Assembly: GCA_965153455.1 (NCBI GenBank)
Contig: OZ234493.1
Location: 29,006,213 to 29,070,212, forward strand
DNA length: 64,000 bases
Direction: 5' to 3'
Source of the DNA: Sphagnum compactum
Lineage: Eukaryota
In this document: in pieces, positions 11,344 to 25,200 of the stretch
Layout of the letters: the number at the start of each line of letters is the position of its first letter
Position numbering within the stretch: the first letter of the stretch is position 1
Notes under the pieces: model-generated
What the model was told of the DNA's origin: nothing
The model's input: the letters and a program-made list of their open reading frames with translations, nothing else
Databases searched by the model: none
Position numbers and translations under genes: made by a program

Positions 11344-14300
11344 ATGGCGGGGAAGGGAAGTGCCGTGCAGGCTGTGGATTTGCTGGAGATTCTCAACCAG
11401 AGGAGGTCTGCGGCAGCAAAGGAGCAACGTAGCTGCAGTATAAGCGCAGCACAAGATCGTAAGCAGCCTCCTACTTTGGTGAAGCCAGTTCCAAGCAACG
11501 TACTAGCGGACCAAGAAGAAGAAGAAGAAGAAGAAGAAGTAGAAGTGGGTGGCAGTGTCGTCGTCATGGGGGTAGCAGCTATGGCGATTACCACTGTGAA
11601 ACGTCCAGCTTCCACGGATATCAGTTGCGACAAGAAGCTGGCAGCTGCAGAAGAGAGAGAGAAATCCATCGCTCGTCTCCGAGGAAGAAGCTGCGGCGGG
11701 TATGAGTCGACGCAGCAGCTGCAGGAGTCTAAAGGTACTCAGCATCCGTGGCTCCCACTCATGTGTCGGTCCTCTTATTGCTAGACTTTGCAGCAACAGT
11801 CTATCAAGCTCTTTTCATATACAGTAAGTAAGCAGCTGGTGATGGGTTTTTCTTGAGGAATATTATTGATGATATTTGTGTGAACTGCCAGATTCACAAG
11901 CTGGATCAGTGAAGATCTCGAGTGCAGCAGACGACTGTAGTAATTACACAAAAGCTCATGGCAAGACAAACTGCAAAAGTTCGTGTGCAGATCTTCTTCA
12001 TGTGCAGCAGCAGCAGCAGCAGCTTCCACCCATCACTTCGCCATCTCCGACAAGCTGGGTCGACCATTCCACAACGTCTATAAACCCCATGCGCAGCTCC
12101 TCCATGATCTCGCCTGTAAGTCATCAAATCCCTGGCAACCAATTATTTTTCTCGTTTGTGGTCAATGGCATCGTATAGATCTCTCACACAATTGTATCAA
12201 GGACTTGATTTTTTTTGAGGGGCGGGGGGGGGTTTATTTGGGCAGCTGGGATGGTTGAATCAAATGTCTTTACAACATGATCTTCAGCAGCAGAAGAAGA
12301 AAGCCGTGGAGCAGCAGTTGCTGCTTTCCAGCAGCAATTCTCAGGCACCAACTGCAGCAGCAAGGAAGAGTATGATGGTGCAGCAGCAGGACGATGCAGC
12401 ATCCGAGACATCCTCTCACACAGCTGAAGATCGACATCTGCATGAAGAAGCTGCCGAAAAAGTGGATGATCATGATGCTCCTGATCATGAACCTTCAGAG
12501 GATCATACACCACTGCAGCAGCTTTCTGTGTTGATCCCACACAACATCATACATGAGGAGCAGCTGCCACTGCAACCTGCAGCAGCAAATGATCAGCCAG
12601 CCGGCAGCTCATGCACTACTGCAGCAGCAGCAGCAGCAGGATTTGGTTCTCCATTACCACTGCTGCAGCTGCAGCATTTTGGACCCACCACCAGCTTGAA
12701 TGCTGCAGTTGCCACCACAACTACAGCTTCTGGCCACCTAGAGTCATCGATCAAGGCTGATGCAGCAGCCATGGAATCTACACAAGACAAATTTAAGTGA
12801 GAGAAAATGAATAGACCAAAACCTAAGAGAATTTGGATCACATGGTCTTAGCTGATTTTATCACATGCCTACATTGTTGTGCATCAATAGCAGGGTCCCT
12901 TTCTGCTGACATGCTTAGCTTTTGCTAGAACTTGTTGCAGATCTCTGCATGCTTTTGACTGATGATCTTTGCAATTATTGTAACTCCAAACATTGGGTAT
13001 GAAATCTGCTCAAGAAATAATTTTCTTTTGGGCTGTACTCAATGTTTACAGACCTGTAGCTGCAGCAGCAGCAGCAGCTCCTCATCAGGTGGGTGGTGGA
13101 GCAGGAGTAGTGCAAGTTCTGCCACCAACAGCACAACTTACTATCTTTTATGCAGGCATGGTACATGCATATGATGATGTACCGTTGGACAAGGTGAGAC
13201 TCTAGAGAACATCTTCAAGATCTGCAATTGCTTGAGTTTTTTTCCTTTAGGATTCGTTTAGGTTCGATAGTTTTGCATTACAATTTATTAAGCTTGTTCC
13301 AAGTTCTTATCTCCCTTGATGTAGGTTTTTGCAGAACTGACATAGCCTTGTCTGACTGTTCTCTAATGATTTGCAATGGATCTGGAAATTACTAAATGGG
13401 TTCTCTAAGAGTTTAATGGATCTTGAAATTACTTAATGTGTTCTCTAACAATTTGCAATGGACCTGGAAAGAAATTATGTGTTCTCAGATTCTTTTGAAG
13501 TTGTGAAAAATATTGCAGCTGCAAGCTATTATGTTGTTAGCTGGTAGTAGAAATACGAAATCTTCCAGCTATACAAACCTTCCTGGAAGTCGTGGAGCCA
13601 GTGCAACAGCAACAACAGCTCATCCATTTTTAGCTCCTATTATAATCCCCCAGGCTGCCAGGACTCCATCTTCTTCAGTTCCTTCCACTGCACACACTAC
13701 TGCCGTAACCACAGCACCAACAACAACAACAGCTTGTCCTTCTTCTGCATCACCTGGCATCCTCACACGACCCATTGCTAGAAATGTCCATGCCGGTAAG
13801 TCCCTTCGCTTCTTCTTCTTCTTCTTCTACGAAGGGTAGGCAGCGGGACTCCTTGTAAATAGTTCCTTTAAATGTTCACATTGTTCATCACCTTAGAACT
13901 AGATCTCACAACTTTACTGCCAGCAGCTAGAGTTGATGAGGATTTGATTCTTTGAGACTCTCTGTCTAATTGCAGTAATAGAGCTGCCACAGGCGAGAAA
14001 GGCATCCTTGGCAAGATTCCTAGAGAAGCGGAAAGACAGGTAACTACTACTAAAACAACATTGGAGCTTGATTTTTCTTTTTCTTTTTTCCTTGTGTCGA
14101 AAATTACTCTAACGTTACAAGGTCTAATTTAGCTCAAATGAATCAAGACTTTTGCTCTACCAAATAAATTTGGCATCACTTTTGGCATAATTTTTCATGG
14201 TTATCTTTCCCCACAGCTTTCTTGGGTACTGCTCCAATGGACATGAGTAGTTGTGTGCAAGCACAATGTACATAGTTTTGCAATGACAAATTCAGTTCAA

Positions 14301-14781
14301 ATTTTGCAGGGTGCGAATGAAGGCACCATATCCTCTCACATTTGCTATCAAGAAAGAAGGACCTAGTACACCTCGGTGCGACAAGTCTCCAAGCCCTCCT
14401 CGGAGGCAACCACGAACACGGTCACCTTCCCCAGCAGCATTGATGGCGGGATCAAGTCACCAAAGTGCTGTTATGCCATCATCTACCAACTCCAGAGATC
14501 CACTGCAATACTACAAATCAAGTGATACTTGTAGCGAACCCAATTCTCCTACTAGGTCTCCTCCAACTCCTCCACGACTGAGCATGGCTGCTGGATATGT
14601 AGTAAATACAACTGCAGGCAGCTGTTCCACTGCAGCTGGTGTTAAGGATTTTGAAAGGCAGCAGCAACTTGTCAATTCAATACCACATTATCAAAGTGAA
14701 AAATCATCACCACTTCAAAAATCTTCACAAGATGAAAAGGGTGAAGAAGCATCAATAGAGGAAGAAGATGGCACATCATGA
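11344..14781 (+). CDS. JAZ: TIFY/JAZ (jasmonate ZIM-domain) repressor; predicted exons ~11344-11735, 11891-12115, 12246-12796, 13052-13193, 13519-13795, 13976-14039, 14310-14781
   Basis: ZIM domain AQLTIFYAGMVHAYDDVPLDK|LQAIMLLAG; Jas motif IELPQARKASLARFLEKRKDR|VRMKAPY. GT-AG junctions have consistent phases. The 5' exons are less certain than exons 4-7. Confidence 0.93.
13374..13490. repeat. Intronic tandem repeat, ~40 bp x3 (aatggatctggaaattactaaatgggttctctaa)
   Basis: Three degenerate copies at ~13376, ~13415 and ~13457 in JAZ intron 4. Confidence 0.8.
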
Positions 14782-15196
14782 TATTGCGCTTTTGGCTTTT
14801 TGCTTGTTGGCTTGGTAGCCAGCCATAGATTTTCCTCAGTTTTCAAGTGCATCCATCCATCATCCTCAATGCAGTTCCGCTCAAGGGATATATTAAGATC
14901 AAACCTGTAATTTTAAAGATCTAGTTGAGGCATTCACGGTGAAGCTTATTATCAAACGATTTCACATTGCAAAACTCTACAATTATTCTTTGGAACTTTG
15001 AAAGGCTGGTAGAGAATTTGGCAGGTTCAAAAGGTTGCAGACCACAGTGACTGTGTTCATTTGAGATTCTAGGACGACCCATTCACCCTGATGTCTTGAA
15101 CCTTTGTACAGAGTTAGTTACAATTTGAGTACAAAAAACTCAAGTCTAATTTCAATGCACGATTTACTACTGTAAAAGAAAAAATGGGCAGATTTG

Positions 15197-15308
15197 CAAA
15201 TGGTGGAGTTTTTCAACAAGTTTTGGAATTTTTGAACAAATGGGGAGTTTTTTTCAACAAGTTTTGGAATTTTTGAACAAATGGGGAGTTTTTTTCAACA
15301 AGTTTTGC
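15197..15308. repeat. Tandem repeat, ~41 bp x2.7
   Basis: caaatggggagtttttttcaacaagttttggaatttttgaa repeated nearly perfectly downstream of the JAZ stop. Confidence 0.9.
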
Positions 15309-16017
15309 AACAGATTCTTGGTGCCGCTGTAATTTTAAAATCAAAATCAAGAGATGGGTTGTGAGGGGATGCAATTGATTGATCTAAGAATCTCAGATTG
15401 TCAACTTTGGGTCGATCTGAACTGGGCGCTTGTCAAGTTGAGACAGAGGTTCTCAAATTAGGTCAGATCCTACCAGTAGACCTTACTTCCTTTCTTAGTA
15501 GGCAGAACAAAGATATGAAAATCATTTATGTATTGAAAGATATTAGAAGTCAACATGGACATATTTCATGCCGTAAACATGTTTTTGATTTCTTTTTTTC
15601 TTTTTTTCTAATTACATTGATAGGCCACTTGATAATTCAACTTTTCCATTCTTTGTTCAATTCTGATGATTGTAGCTCCAATTTGAAAATTTTAATAGGT
15701 TTCCAAAATTATTCATATATGTTGCACTATTATTGGGCATGGTAGGAAAAAAACACTAAAATTAAACAAATTTTAACACTTCGTAGGCAAAAATTACTAC
15801 CATTGGATGCATAATGGCATATTTTAGGTTTTCAAGAATTTGAAAATATTTCTTTCTTTTTGTATGTTCATAAATCACACATTGTTCACCACCAAAATAT
15901 CCAAATCCTTTTCCCACATCTCACACATGACTTTTGAGGCACCATGTGTGATATAACACTACGTGCACTTGAGTCAAGTTCCTCCTAAACAATGTACGGA
16001 AGAAGCCACCTTCACAG

Positions 16018-16172
16018 AATAAGCTAAGCCATTTGCGAATACTTTACCCATACTTTACCCATTCACATGTGCAAATCACATGTTTAAAGGTTGTGGGCTA
16101 AAAGCGAATAAGCCATTTACGAATACTTTACCCATCACATCTGCAATTTCATGTTTAAAGGTTGCATGCTAA
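16018..16172. repeat. Local tandem duplication, ~65-90 bp x2
   Basis: taagccattt.cgaatactttacccat.cacat.tgcaa...catgtttaaaggttg occurs twice. Confidence 0.8.
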
Positions 16173-17349
16173 GAGAGAGAGAGAGAGTTTGACAATATAT
16201 TGAGGGCCCACAAGAGGAATAAACAAGTTGCATGGATAAGACCTTTCTAGTGTTGTAAATAGACCTTGTGCACATTGATTGTGCATCAAGCTATATATAT
16301 TGGGGGATGGGGTGTGGGCGGGGTGGTCCATGGAGCATGACTTTCAACAACAGCCTTTGAGAGGTAGAGTTGAACTATGGTTTGGGGAGAGGAAATCTAT
16401 GACCCAAAAGATCTTCTACAGTATGTGTCCACTTTGGGTCACCAAGTCCAAGACATCATGGCATAAGCTCAAAGAGACTTAATTGTCAATCACAATCCCT
16501 TTGAATTTTGCACCCATGATTTTTCTTGGGAGCAATGAATGGGATATGAAGTGTATGTCATCATGAAGACTTCAGAGTTTTTTTTGGTTGGGGTTGGGTG
16601 TAGGAGTTTTCCTTAAGAACTTCCTAATAAAATCTGCCTGATAAATGTGAAATTGGGTGTCAAGCTCTTAATCATCATAGCCAACATAAACCCACCCATA
16701 AAGATATTATGACTATTTTGCTTTGTTTAATCTTCTTGCTTTTCTCCCAAGGGAGGTACTTAGATCATCTCTTCCATTCAGGAAAATTCATCTTTCTGTT
16801 GTTTCTGGGGGAAAGGTATCAGACTCAGAAACGTGATGAATAAAAATTAATGTTATATCTTTATGGAAAGGGTCGTCTGTCTGAACTTTGAACAAGTGTT
16901 GGGCAAGTATGTAATTTATCATATATTAATACAATAATAATAATACCCAAAAAAATAATTTAATCATAATACCAAAATGATATAGGTATTAGACAAATTG
17001 TCAAATGATACATTTTGCTGTGGTGTGAGTATAAGCAAATTTATAATTTTGAGATAATGGTACGAATATAAGTAGTGAGGATGAGGAGACCAATACCAAG
17101 TATTGAATGTGAATAATGATATAGTGTGAAAAAATCATTACGTCTTGAAATGTTCTGCATTCTAACTTTCAAATGAATACCAACAAATAATCACTTCAAA
17201 CCAAAGAAATAATCATTAGTAAGATAGGGATCAACCACACACTTCCTTATTCAAGAGGCTATGATCCGAAACACTTTATTCTATGTCTTTTAAAATAACA
17301 TGTTGGGAATCAAATTTTATTGTCAATGTATACAAGAATACAATCATTA

Positions 17350-19600
17350 GAGCATCTTCAACATTCACCTCGAATCTACCTCTCCAAATTACTTTTGCTC
17401 GTGTTTTTGGAGGGGGTGATTAGTGTTAATGACGTTGCCTGTCGCAACACTTTTCATCAACTTTCCACCAACATGTCATCTCTCTCCTCTCATTATGATT
17501 TCATGCGGGTTCCACTTTTGTGTCTATCTCGTCCATAGCCAAAGCTTGTCTTGAACTAATTTTCAAGATTTTATGTCATTGCCTTTGCCCTCTTTCACAA
17601 TGGAGTCTTGTCGTTAGGTATTTCTTACACACACACATGGAAGTTGAAGAAGATGACAATCAACAATGGTTCACACTGGAAATTTTGGGCTTGCTTGGAA
17701 GTAAAATTATTCTATAGTTCTTCCAATCTATGACATGAAGTTTTTTTGATGTTGCCACATCATGACATGTCATCATTTTTATATATCATGGATTTTGTTT
17801 GCATTGAAGATCCGTATTTCTTACAAAAATGTGATGCTTGTGGCCTTTTGGGCTTTTCTCCAATTCAAAAATGCACAAGTGCATTGAGAAATCTTGCATA
17901 TGGGCTTATTACATGTGATGAATATCAAAAGTTGAAAGAATCAACAACTATGGAATCAATCAAAAGGTTTGTTGTTGTAGTTCATGTTGTGTTTGAAGCT
18001 CATTACATACACAAGCCAACTCTACAAGATTTTGGAAAACAACTTGTGATTAATGTATAATGAAACTGGTTTAAAATGTCTTCAATTTTTGACTATATGC
18101 ATTATCCATAGAAAATTTGTCTTGTAGCTTGATAGGGCAATTCTCCAATGAAGACAATTGAAACTCAATTATATTTAAAGCAATTGCAAATCAATCATTC
18201 TAGATTTGACATGTGTATTTTGGTTTCCCTTTTGGTAATAATGATATTAATGTTTTGGAGCACTCGTCCTTAGTTGTAGATTTGTTGCAAGGACTTGGAA
18301 ACAATTTGGGGTTTGTTGTGCATGCATACCATTATGATGAATATTATTTCTCAGTCAACAAGACAAACCTATGGTGGTTGATCATCATTCAAACTCATGC
18401 ATGAGCTACAAAGAAAATGTTTGCAACACTTCACAAGTGCACAAAAGGTTATGCACAAAAACACCAAACATGGATTTGGAGTTTCGCAAGTTTGGTTCCA
18501 AATTTTTGCAAATCCATGTTGCCAATGGGACTACAAGTTAAAATTATCATGGTGTGTGTTGTTTTACACAATATGATCCTAGAAGATGAGCATGATGAGT
18601 AAGTGAAGGTTGTTGGACCTTTTGTTGGTGTCCAAGCTCATTGAAAATTATCTTTTGCAATGTTTAGGGAAGGCATTGAAGCCATAGAAAATTCAAACTT
18701 TCATTTTAGACTTCATAATAACCTCATTCAACATTTGTGATATTTGGAAAGCAATCAATGAAAAAAAATGCACAAAATGTGTAATTCTACATTATTCCAA
18801 AAGTTCAATTACACTAGAGTTGTTGATTTATTGTGTTTCCACATTCGCATTAACAACTTGAAAGGTGGGTTATAAGTTTGAACCATGATTTAAAATTGTT
18901 TTCATGGGAGTCGAAACATCAAATACCACTTATGGCCAAGCTTTGATATTTGGATGTTGTGTGCAAGCAATCATTCAAAAGTGTTTTTTGTTAGCTCCAA
19001 AACCCTATCATTGTTCTTGTGATGCCATTTCCAAAACAATGATTAATGTTTTGCATCACATGCATGATGTCATAAATTTGGCTTCTGACATCAACAAATT
19101 TGATGTAATGACCTACAAAATACTCATGACTTTATCTTGGTACTTGATCATGTGTCGAAGGGAGAATTTCGATAGGCCTATTAAGCACTTTTATTTTAGT
19201 GGTGAGAATGGGTTAATATCAACAACATTTTTGTGATTGTTTACAACAGTTTTTTATTGGTGGGGGTTTATTGTATCTTACTAAAAATGTTTTCCTCATT
19301 GGAAAACCTATAGACTCTAGCCCTCTCACTATGTACCCTCACTTCCAACTTATATTAGCCTTGCAAAAACAAATTGCTTGATAATGAGTAGTGAAAACAA
19401 TCTACAACATCCCCACATTAGTTGGTCCAATATGGAGTGTGAGTTCCTTGTGCTTTGGAAAACAAAGGAATGCATGATGTCTTTCTTCTATACACATGTT
19501 TCATCCCACTCTTACACTATTGTGACCATCATGCCTGTCATCTTTATTCTTATTTTTTTCAAAATTTTAGGTAATTTTTTAGGTCCAACTTATTTGAACA
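17350..19600 (+). mobile_element. PIF/Harbinger DNA transposon relic (DDE transposase pseudogene ~17700-18760; possible Myb/SANT-like second ORF relic on the minus strand ~18850-19500)
   Basis: DPYFLQKCDACGLLGFSPIQKCTSALRNLAYG..DEYQKLKESTTMESIKRF, YFGFPFGNNDINVL and CVVLHNMILEDE. The left end TTA|GAGCATCTTCAAC at 17347-17362 resembles the PIF/Tourist TIR with a TTA target site. The right TIR was not found. Confidence 0.8.
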
Positions 19601-22600
19601 ACATGTAATGCCAAACTATAGCTTGTTATTTAACCACCTTACCTATATGTATTTTCAAAGCATGATCTTAATTTGATTAAATTGCAATTCATTTAACTTC
19701 ATGTTTTCATAGGTCAACACCATTGACAATTAGAAAAAATAATAGACCAATGTTGCCAATCCTAGTTTTGAAATGTTTAAAGTTTTTGATGGAACCTTTG
19801 GTTCAATCCTAAAATTGATTCTATGGATTTTTAAAAGCCTTTGGTTTTGATTTTTTATTAACAAAATTAGAGGTTGGTCCCATTTAAGGTTAGGGGGTGA
19901 AAGCAAAATAAAGTAGACAACTCACTGATTTGTATCATGAAAATTTACAAATAGCCATAAAAAAAATTGATGTATTATAAGTAAGAATTTTTTTTTTTAT
20001 AATGACTAATATGTTGATAATCTTTCACTTTATGATTATAATTTTTTTTTAAATTCATTTTTAAAGTAGATTTAAGTAGATTTGTTTTAAATGCATCTAC
20101 TTGCACAAGATGTCCAATATTAGAAAATGGGTTGCAAGTAGATAGAATATTCATTTTTTGAAAATTTCAAGATAATGAAAACTTAAAAAATACTTATGTA
20201 TTTTCAAATTATGCATGTTATAATCACAATATATTAAATTTTCAATGTGAAGTAGGTTTGAACGCCGTATTTACTTTTCATTTTTTAACATATTATTTAT
20301 TTACTTTTATCACACCAAAGTTGTTCAAATTTTGTATGTAACCTATTATAAACTAAATAAAATAACATATGTTTCATAATTTTACTTAAAGATATTTTGA
20401 ATTTACTTTCTTATGTTTAAATTTTAAAAAAAATTTCTTAAATGAATTTGGACGAATTATTATTTTTGGTCTACCTTAACTTGCCCACACCTTAGGTCTA
20501 GTTCCATCTCCATTACACATGATTAAACATAAATTCTTTCATGAAGTATTATAATACCTTTTAAAGTTCAGCAATAATTAATTTTTTTTAAATATTGAAT
20601 TTTAAGGAAATACAAAGGGTGGGGGGATTACAAAAAATGTTGGAAACCCAAGCCCACCATTGCAAAACAAGTATACAATAATTGAATTGACATTTATCAT
20701 CCTATAATTTGATGGAACATTATTGGTCCCCATTTTTGCAAAAAGAAGCAATAGACATTATTACAAAAGGTCCCATTATCTTAGAGATTCAAAGTCTAGA
20801 AAACTTGCTGAAAAAAACTACCTATATCTATTGCCAAATTTTCATTATTATTATTTTAAACTATTAAAATGCATTTTGAAAATTAAAATAAATTATTTGG
20901 CACCCAAGTTTGAACTTGAATTGGTATTATGATATTAGTTTGTTGAACCCATCCACATAATTCAAGATAGAGATTATATAACATTAATTTATGTAAATCA
21001 ATTAAAACTAACCATTTGCATAAAAAGTAAAGTTAAGCTTTTACTTTCTTATAATAATTTGTCCTTATATACCTAAAGAACCTGAACATGTATTTTTTAG
21101 AAATTATAAAAATAAATAAATAAATAAAATTTAAAAAACACACTTAAAATTCAAGTTTTAATTCAATTTTTTAAAGAGGTCAATTGCTTGGTTTAGTTCC
21201 AATAACGATTTCAACAAAACATTGAACCTCTAATCCAAATACCCTAAAACAAACTTGACCTAGAAACTAAACCTACACTTGTTTGAAATAAGAACTTGTC
21301 AACATTGGAACAAACCCAAGCGACAATCGTCAAGATTCATAACCATGGTTCTCAAAGAGATCAAAGACCCAATTCTAATATAGCTATGGCATGGTTCTAT
21401 AGGGAACCTACCCCACATATTTGTTGGGGCATTCCTCAAGGCCAGTACTCTTCTTTATTCACTTGGGTCTATCACACATTTATAGGTAATCCTAGCTTGG
21501 ACCCAATGGTCAAAAATAGGTAAGTGAAACACATCCATAAAGAGTAAAAGAATAGCTTATTAAAGGGATGAAACTAAAAGCTCTAATCTACCTATATAGG
21601 TAGGTAGGTAGGTAGGTAGGTAGGTTTACGCAGAGTGTTTTTTTTTTTTTTTTTTTTTCAATTTTCTGATGTTAGCATACCCGTGATCATCCACAAGGAG
21701 GTTTTAGTCATGTTTGGCTATAAACGAGCTATGAAAGAACAATTTTTTTTAATCCTTCCATGTTCTGACTACTTGCTTGAATAACGTGTAAAAACATGGT
21801 GATCTTTTAGGGAGGGAAAGAAATCATTTTTTTGGCAATTCATATTGAAAAAGAGCAAATTTTTGACAAAATGTTTTTTTCACCAAAAGAGACAAATGAT
21901 TTGATATACTTCATTTATTTCAAAAATTAGTTCAAATCAATTTGTTAGGTATTTCATTTTGTTTCCTTCTTGTGCAATGTTTGGTTTTGTTGCAATTTTC
22001 AGCTGATACCATGAATTGCTACAGAAATTTGAAGCTTTCTTTGAAGTGTAATTATACCTCTAAATAAAAGGTAAAAATTTGTAATGTTAAATATCACTGC
22101 ATGGCATCATGTATTTTACACCTGTATTTTCCCCTCCTTTTGATTAATTCAAAGCCCTTAAAAGGTTGGCCCCACAAAAGTATCTATATGTTGATTTCAA
22201 AGCATCGAACCAACAATGGTCCAACATCATCTTTGACGCTTTGGGGTCCAATAATGGATGAAGTGAAACCAAATAATAGTAGCTCATGAACAAATTACAA
22301 CATTGTTTGATCAAAATGAAAGCCAACTTGTTGAAAATGCCACATAGCATGTTCGATAGTTGTTTATTGAAACAAAGTCCTAAAGCAAAATCTTTATTTT
22401 TTCTTTTTTTCAAAGCCCAAAAACCACATAGTGAATGATTGACAAGAGGTGTTAAATTTATGCTCACCCCATAAATGAACTAAAACCTTTTGTCAATAAG
22501 GGGAGGATTTTATGTTAGCAAATGTAAAACACAAACAAACTTCAGGTTTTAGTACATTACTTTTGCCATTTGTTTTAATGTGCATTATATATACGAAGTA

Positions 22601-23491
22601 TTTAACCATATGTGATCAAGATGTGAATCATGAATTATTGTTTTTTTTCCCTTTTTTGACAAAATTTAACTTTAATTACAAGGCATGATTCGAAATAATT
22701 AGCTTGTGTTTGGAACATGTTGGAGGACATGGGATATATCACATGTTCCAATGACATTGCTTGTTTGTTAAGTGACACAGCATTTCACCTTTTGGTCATA
22801 TTTTAAGTTTTAAATTATTTTTCAAGTTTTTAATTGTCACTTTCCAAGGATGGACCAAGGATGTCTAATGGCCCAAAAACATCCTTTTTTGACACTTAGC
22901 ACTTGGGATTTCCCAAACATTCTCTTGGAATAAAATAAGTTTCCTTAATCTAATTCTCATGAAAGTTTCCAAATTTCAACAGTCTCTTTGCCTGAAGCTC
23001 TCACACAAGCCAAAGACATGAACATGAGGCTATGCAGAAAAAGCTAGGAGACACCAAGTAGTTAGTTTCTGTTTTTCCCCTATCTGGTGCACCAGGTCAT
23101 TGGTGGGCTTAAACATTTGCATTGGACCCAACTTTTGTGAGTTTTACCTTATTAAAATCAGTTTTCATATTAGATGAACCAATTTTTTTGGTGAAAGTGT
23201 TTAGATTGGAATGGATTTTTTTTGGTGTTCAGAGTGTGGACACAGTAGGTAGATGTACAACATCTTATCTATTGGCAGGGCCTGCATGTTTGTGATGCCT
23301 TGTTTCTCTACATAACCACACCCAAAAGATAATGGGGTGATTATTTCTAGAGTAAAGTCCCAGGGTAGGGGTTCGTATTCCCAAAACAAGGCACCCAGGA
23401 CAAGGTGCTACCCTTTACACAAGGGACCTATGTGTTATTGGCACATCCATTAGTTCTAATCAAGGTTCTATGGGGTTTGAATCAATAGAAC

Positions 23492-23879
23492 CAGTGTTGG
23501 GCAGTTATTTACTCTTATCAAGAACCTTCATTTCCACTTCTAAAAAGCAGATTAGAACTATCTCAATTCCAGTTCCACACATAAATGGAACCAAGAACAG
23601 TCCAGTTCTGAAAACCAGACAAGATCCCAATCTGATTCTTAATCTGGGTCAGGCAATTAACTGCTGGTCAACCCTCAATTCTAGTCACTTTTTTTTTTCC
23701 CAAAAATCTTGGTTCTGGTTCCATACATAAATAGAACTGGGAACTTGATTCCGGGTCCAGTTCATTAAGAAAATCAAATCAGGTTCCAGTTTCAAAAACC
23801 AGACCTGATTCCAGTTCTTAGTAGCCAGAACCCCAACTTGCAGTTCTTACCTGCCAAAGCATGTACCCACCCAACATCA
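23492..23879. mobile_element. Non-autonomous hAT-type MITE
   Basis: Starts CAGTGTTGGGCAG and ends ...CCCACCCAACATCA, an imperfect inverted repeat. Internal GAACC/GGTTC motifs. Flanking 8-mers aatagaac / gttagaac match 6/8, as for a decayed TSD. Confidence 0.55.
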
Positions 23880-25200
23880 GTTAGAACCATGATCCAATAA
23901 CAATGTGTATCTTTTTAGTGTCATTATTCTAATGAAAGGAGCTATCTTTGTTTCTTCAAACACGTGGAGAGTAATGTTAAATTGATTTACATGGGATGAA
24001 TTCTTAACCATGAACTACAATCTTCAATCTTTCCTTGTAATCTCCAAGTGAGGTTTAACATAGTCTTCAACCATACTAAATCGAAGACACTAACAAAGAT
24101 TTGTAGTTATTAGTTCCAAAAACTAAACTCAAAAACTAGTCAAGGTGCAGAAAGTGCACAAATGCAACCTATTCTTCTGACAAACAACAAATTGAACTCC
24201 ATTGAAAGTAAATTCCAACCAAATCTTTCAACTGCATGTTTCATCCATAAAGTTGAAAATGCTCACCTTGAAATGAAGAAATGTGGTGGCCATAGCCATC
24301 TCAGGTTTGAACCGGACAATCAACTGACAATACCTTTTATAAGAATAGAGAAATCTCCATTCTCATGATGAAGAAAAAACAGCAAGGTTAACACTTCCTC
24401 AGGAAGCCATAGAAAGAACTAAACAAGGAAAGAAAGAACAAACAAAAAACAAAAAACACACACCAGTATGAACAGAAGTGCCAGTCTCACACCTATTCAG
24501 AGACCATCAACAGTAGTATGTATGATAGTGACTTAACTACCACAACTTCCCAACTGACTTCATCAGCTCCCTACAGTGGGTAAAGGTCAGTGACAAGCAT
24601 CAACCTGCAAACTAAGTTTCTGCTGCAATTCCAGAAGCAACGGGAAGACTCAGCCATACTACTGGCTAGCAACAGACCACAACAACAAGGACAAGAGAAA
24701 AAATAAAAAACAGACCGACAGAATGGGAAAGAAAAACTAAAGAGAAGGAGAACAGGGAAAGACTATGAACAATCAACTGACAATGCCCCATTTAAAATTC
24801 TAATCAGAAAGTAGAAGAAGGATACGGACAAGTGAAGCCAATGAATGGGCAGCACAAAAACAAAAAAACAGACATGGTAGAGGAAAAAATCAACAGTGGC
24901 AACTCACAGTATGGTAACCCCTACTTGTGTCGATGCTCCATAGAAACTGTACCAAGCTCTTTATTCTATTAGTTGACAAACTAATAACATCTAAATGATG
25001 TGTCATTTAGATCCCTGCAATCACAATGACACATGAAAGATAACATATAAATCATTTTGCCAAGCAAGTATTTTTTACTCATAGTTTCCTTTCATAGAAA
25101 TAGTTTCATAGGTTGCAATGCTTCTGGAATTTGGCTTATAAAAGATTCACAGGGGAGCAGATGGAATGTCCAATTTAAGATGGTCTTCAAGCATGATGAC

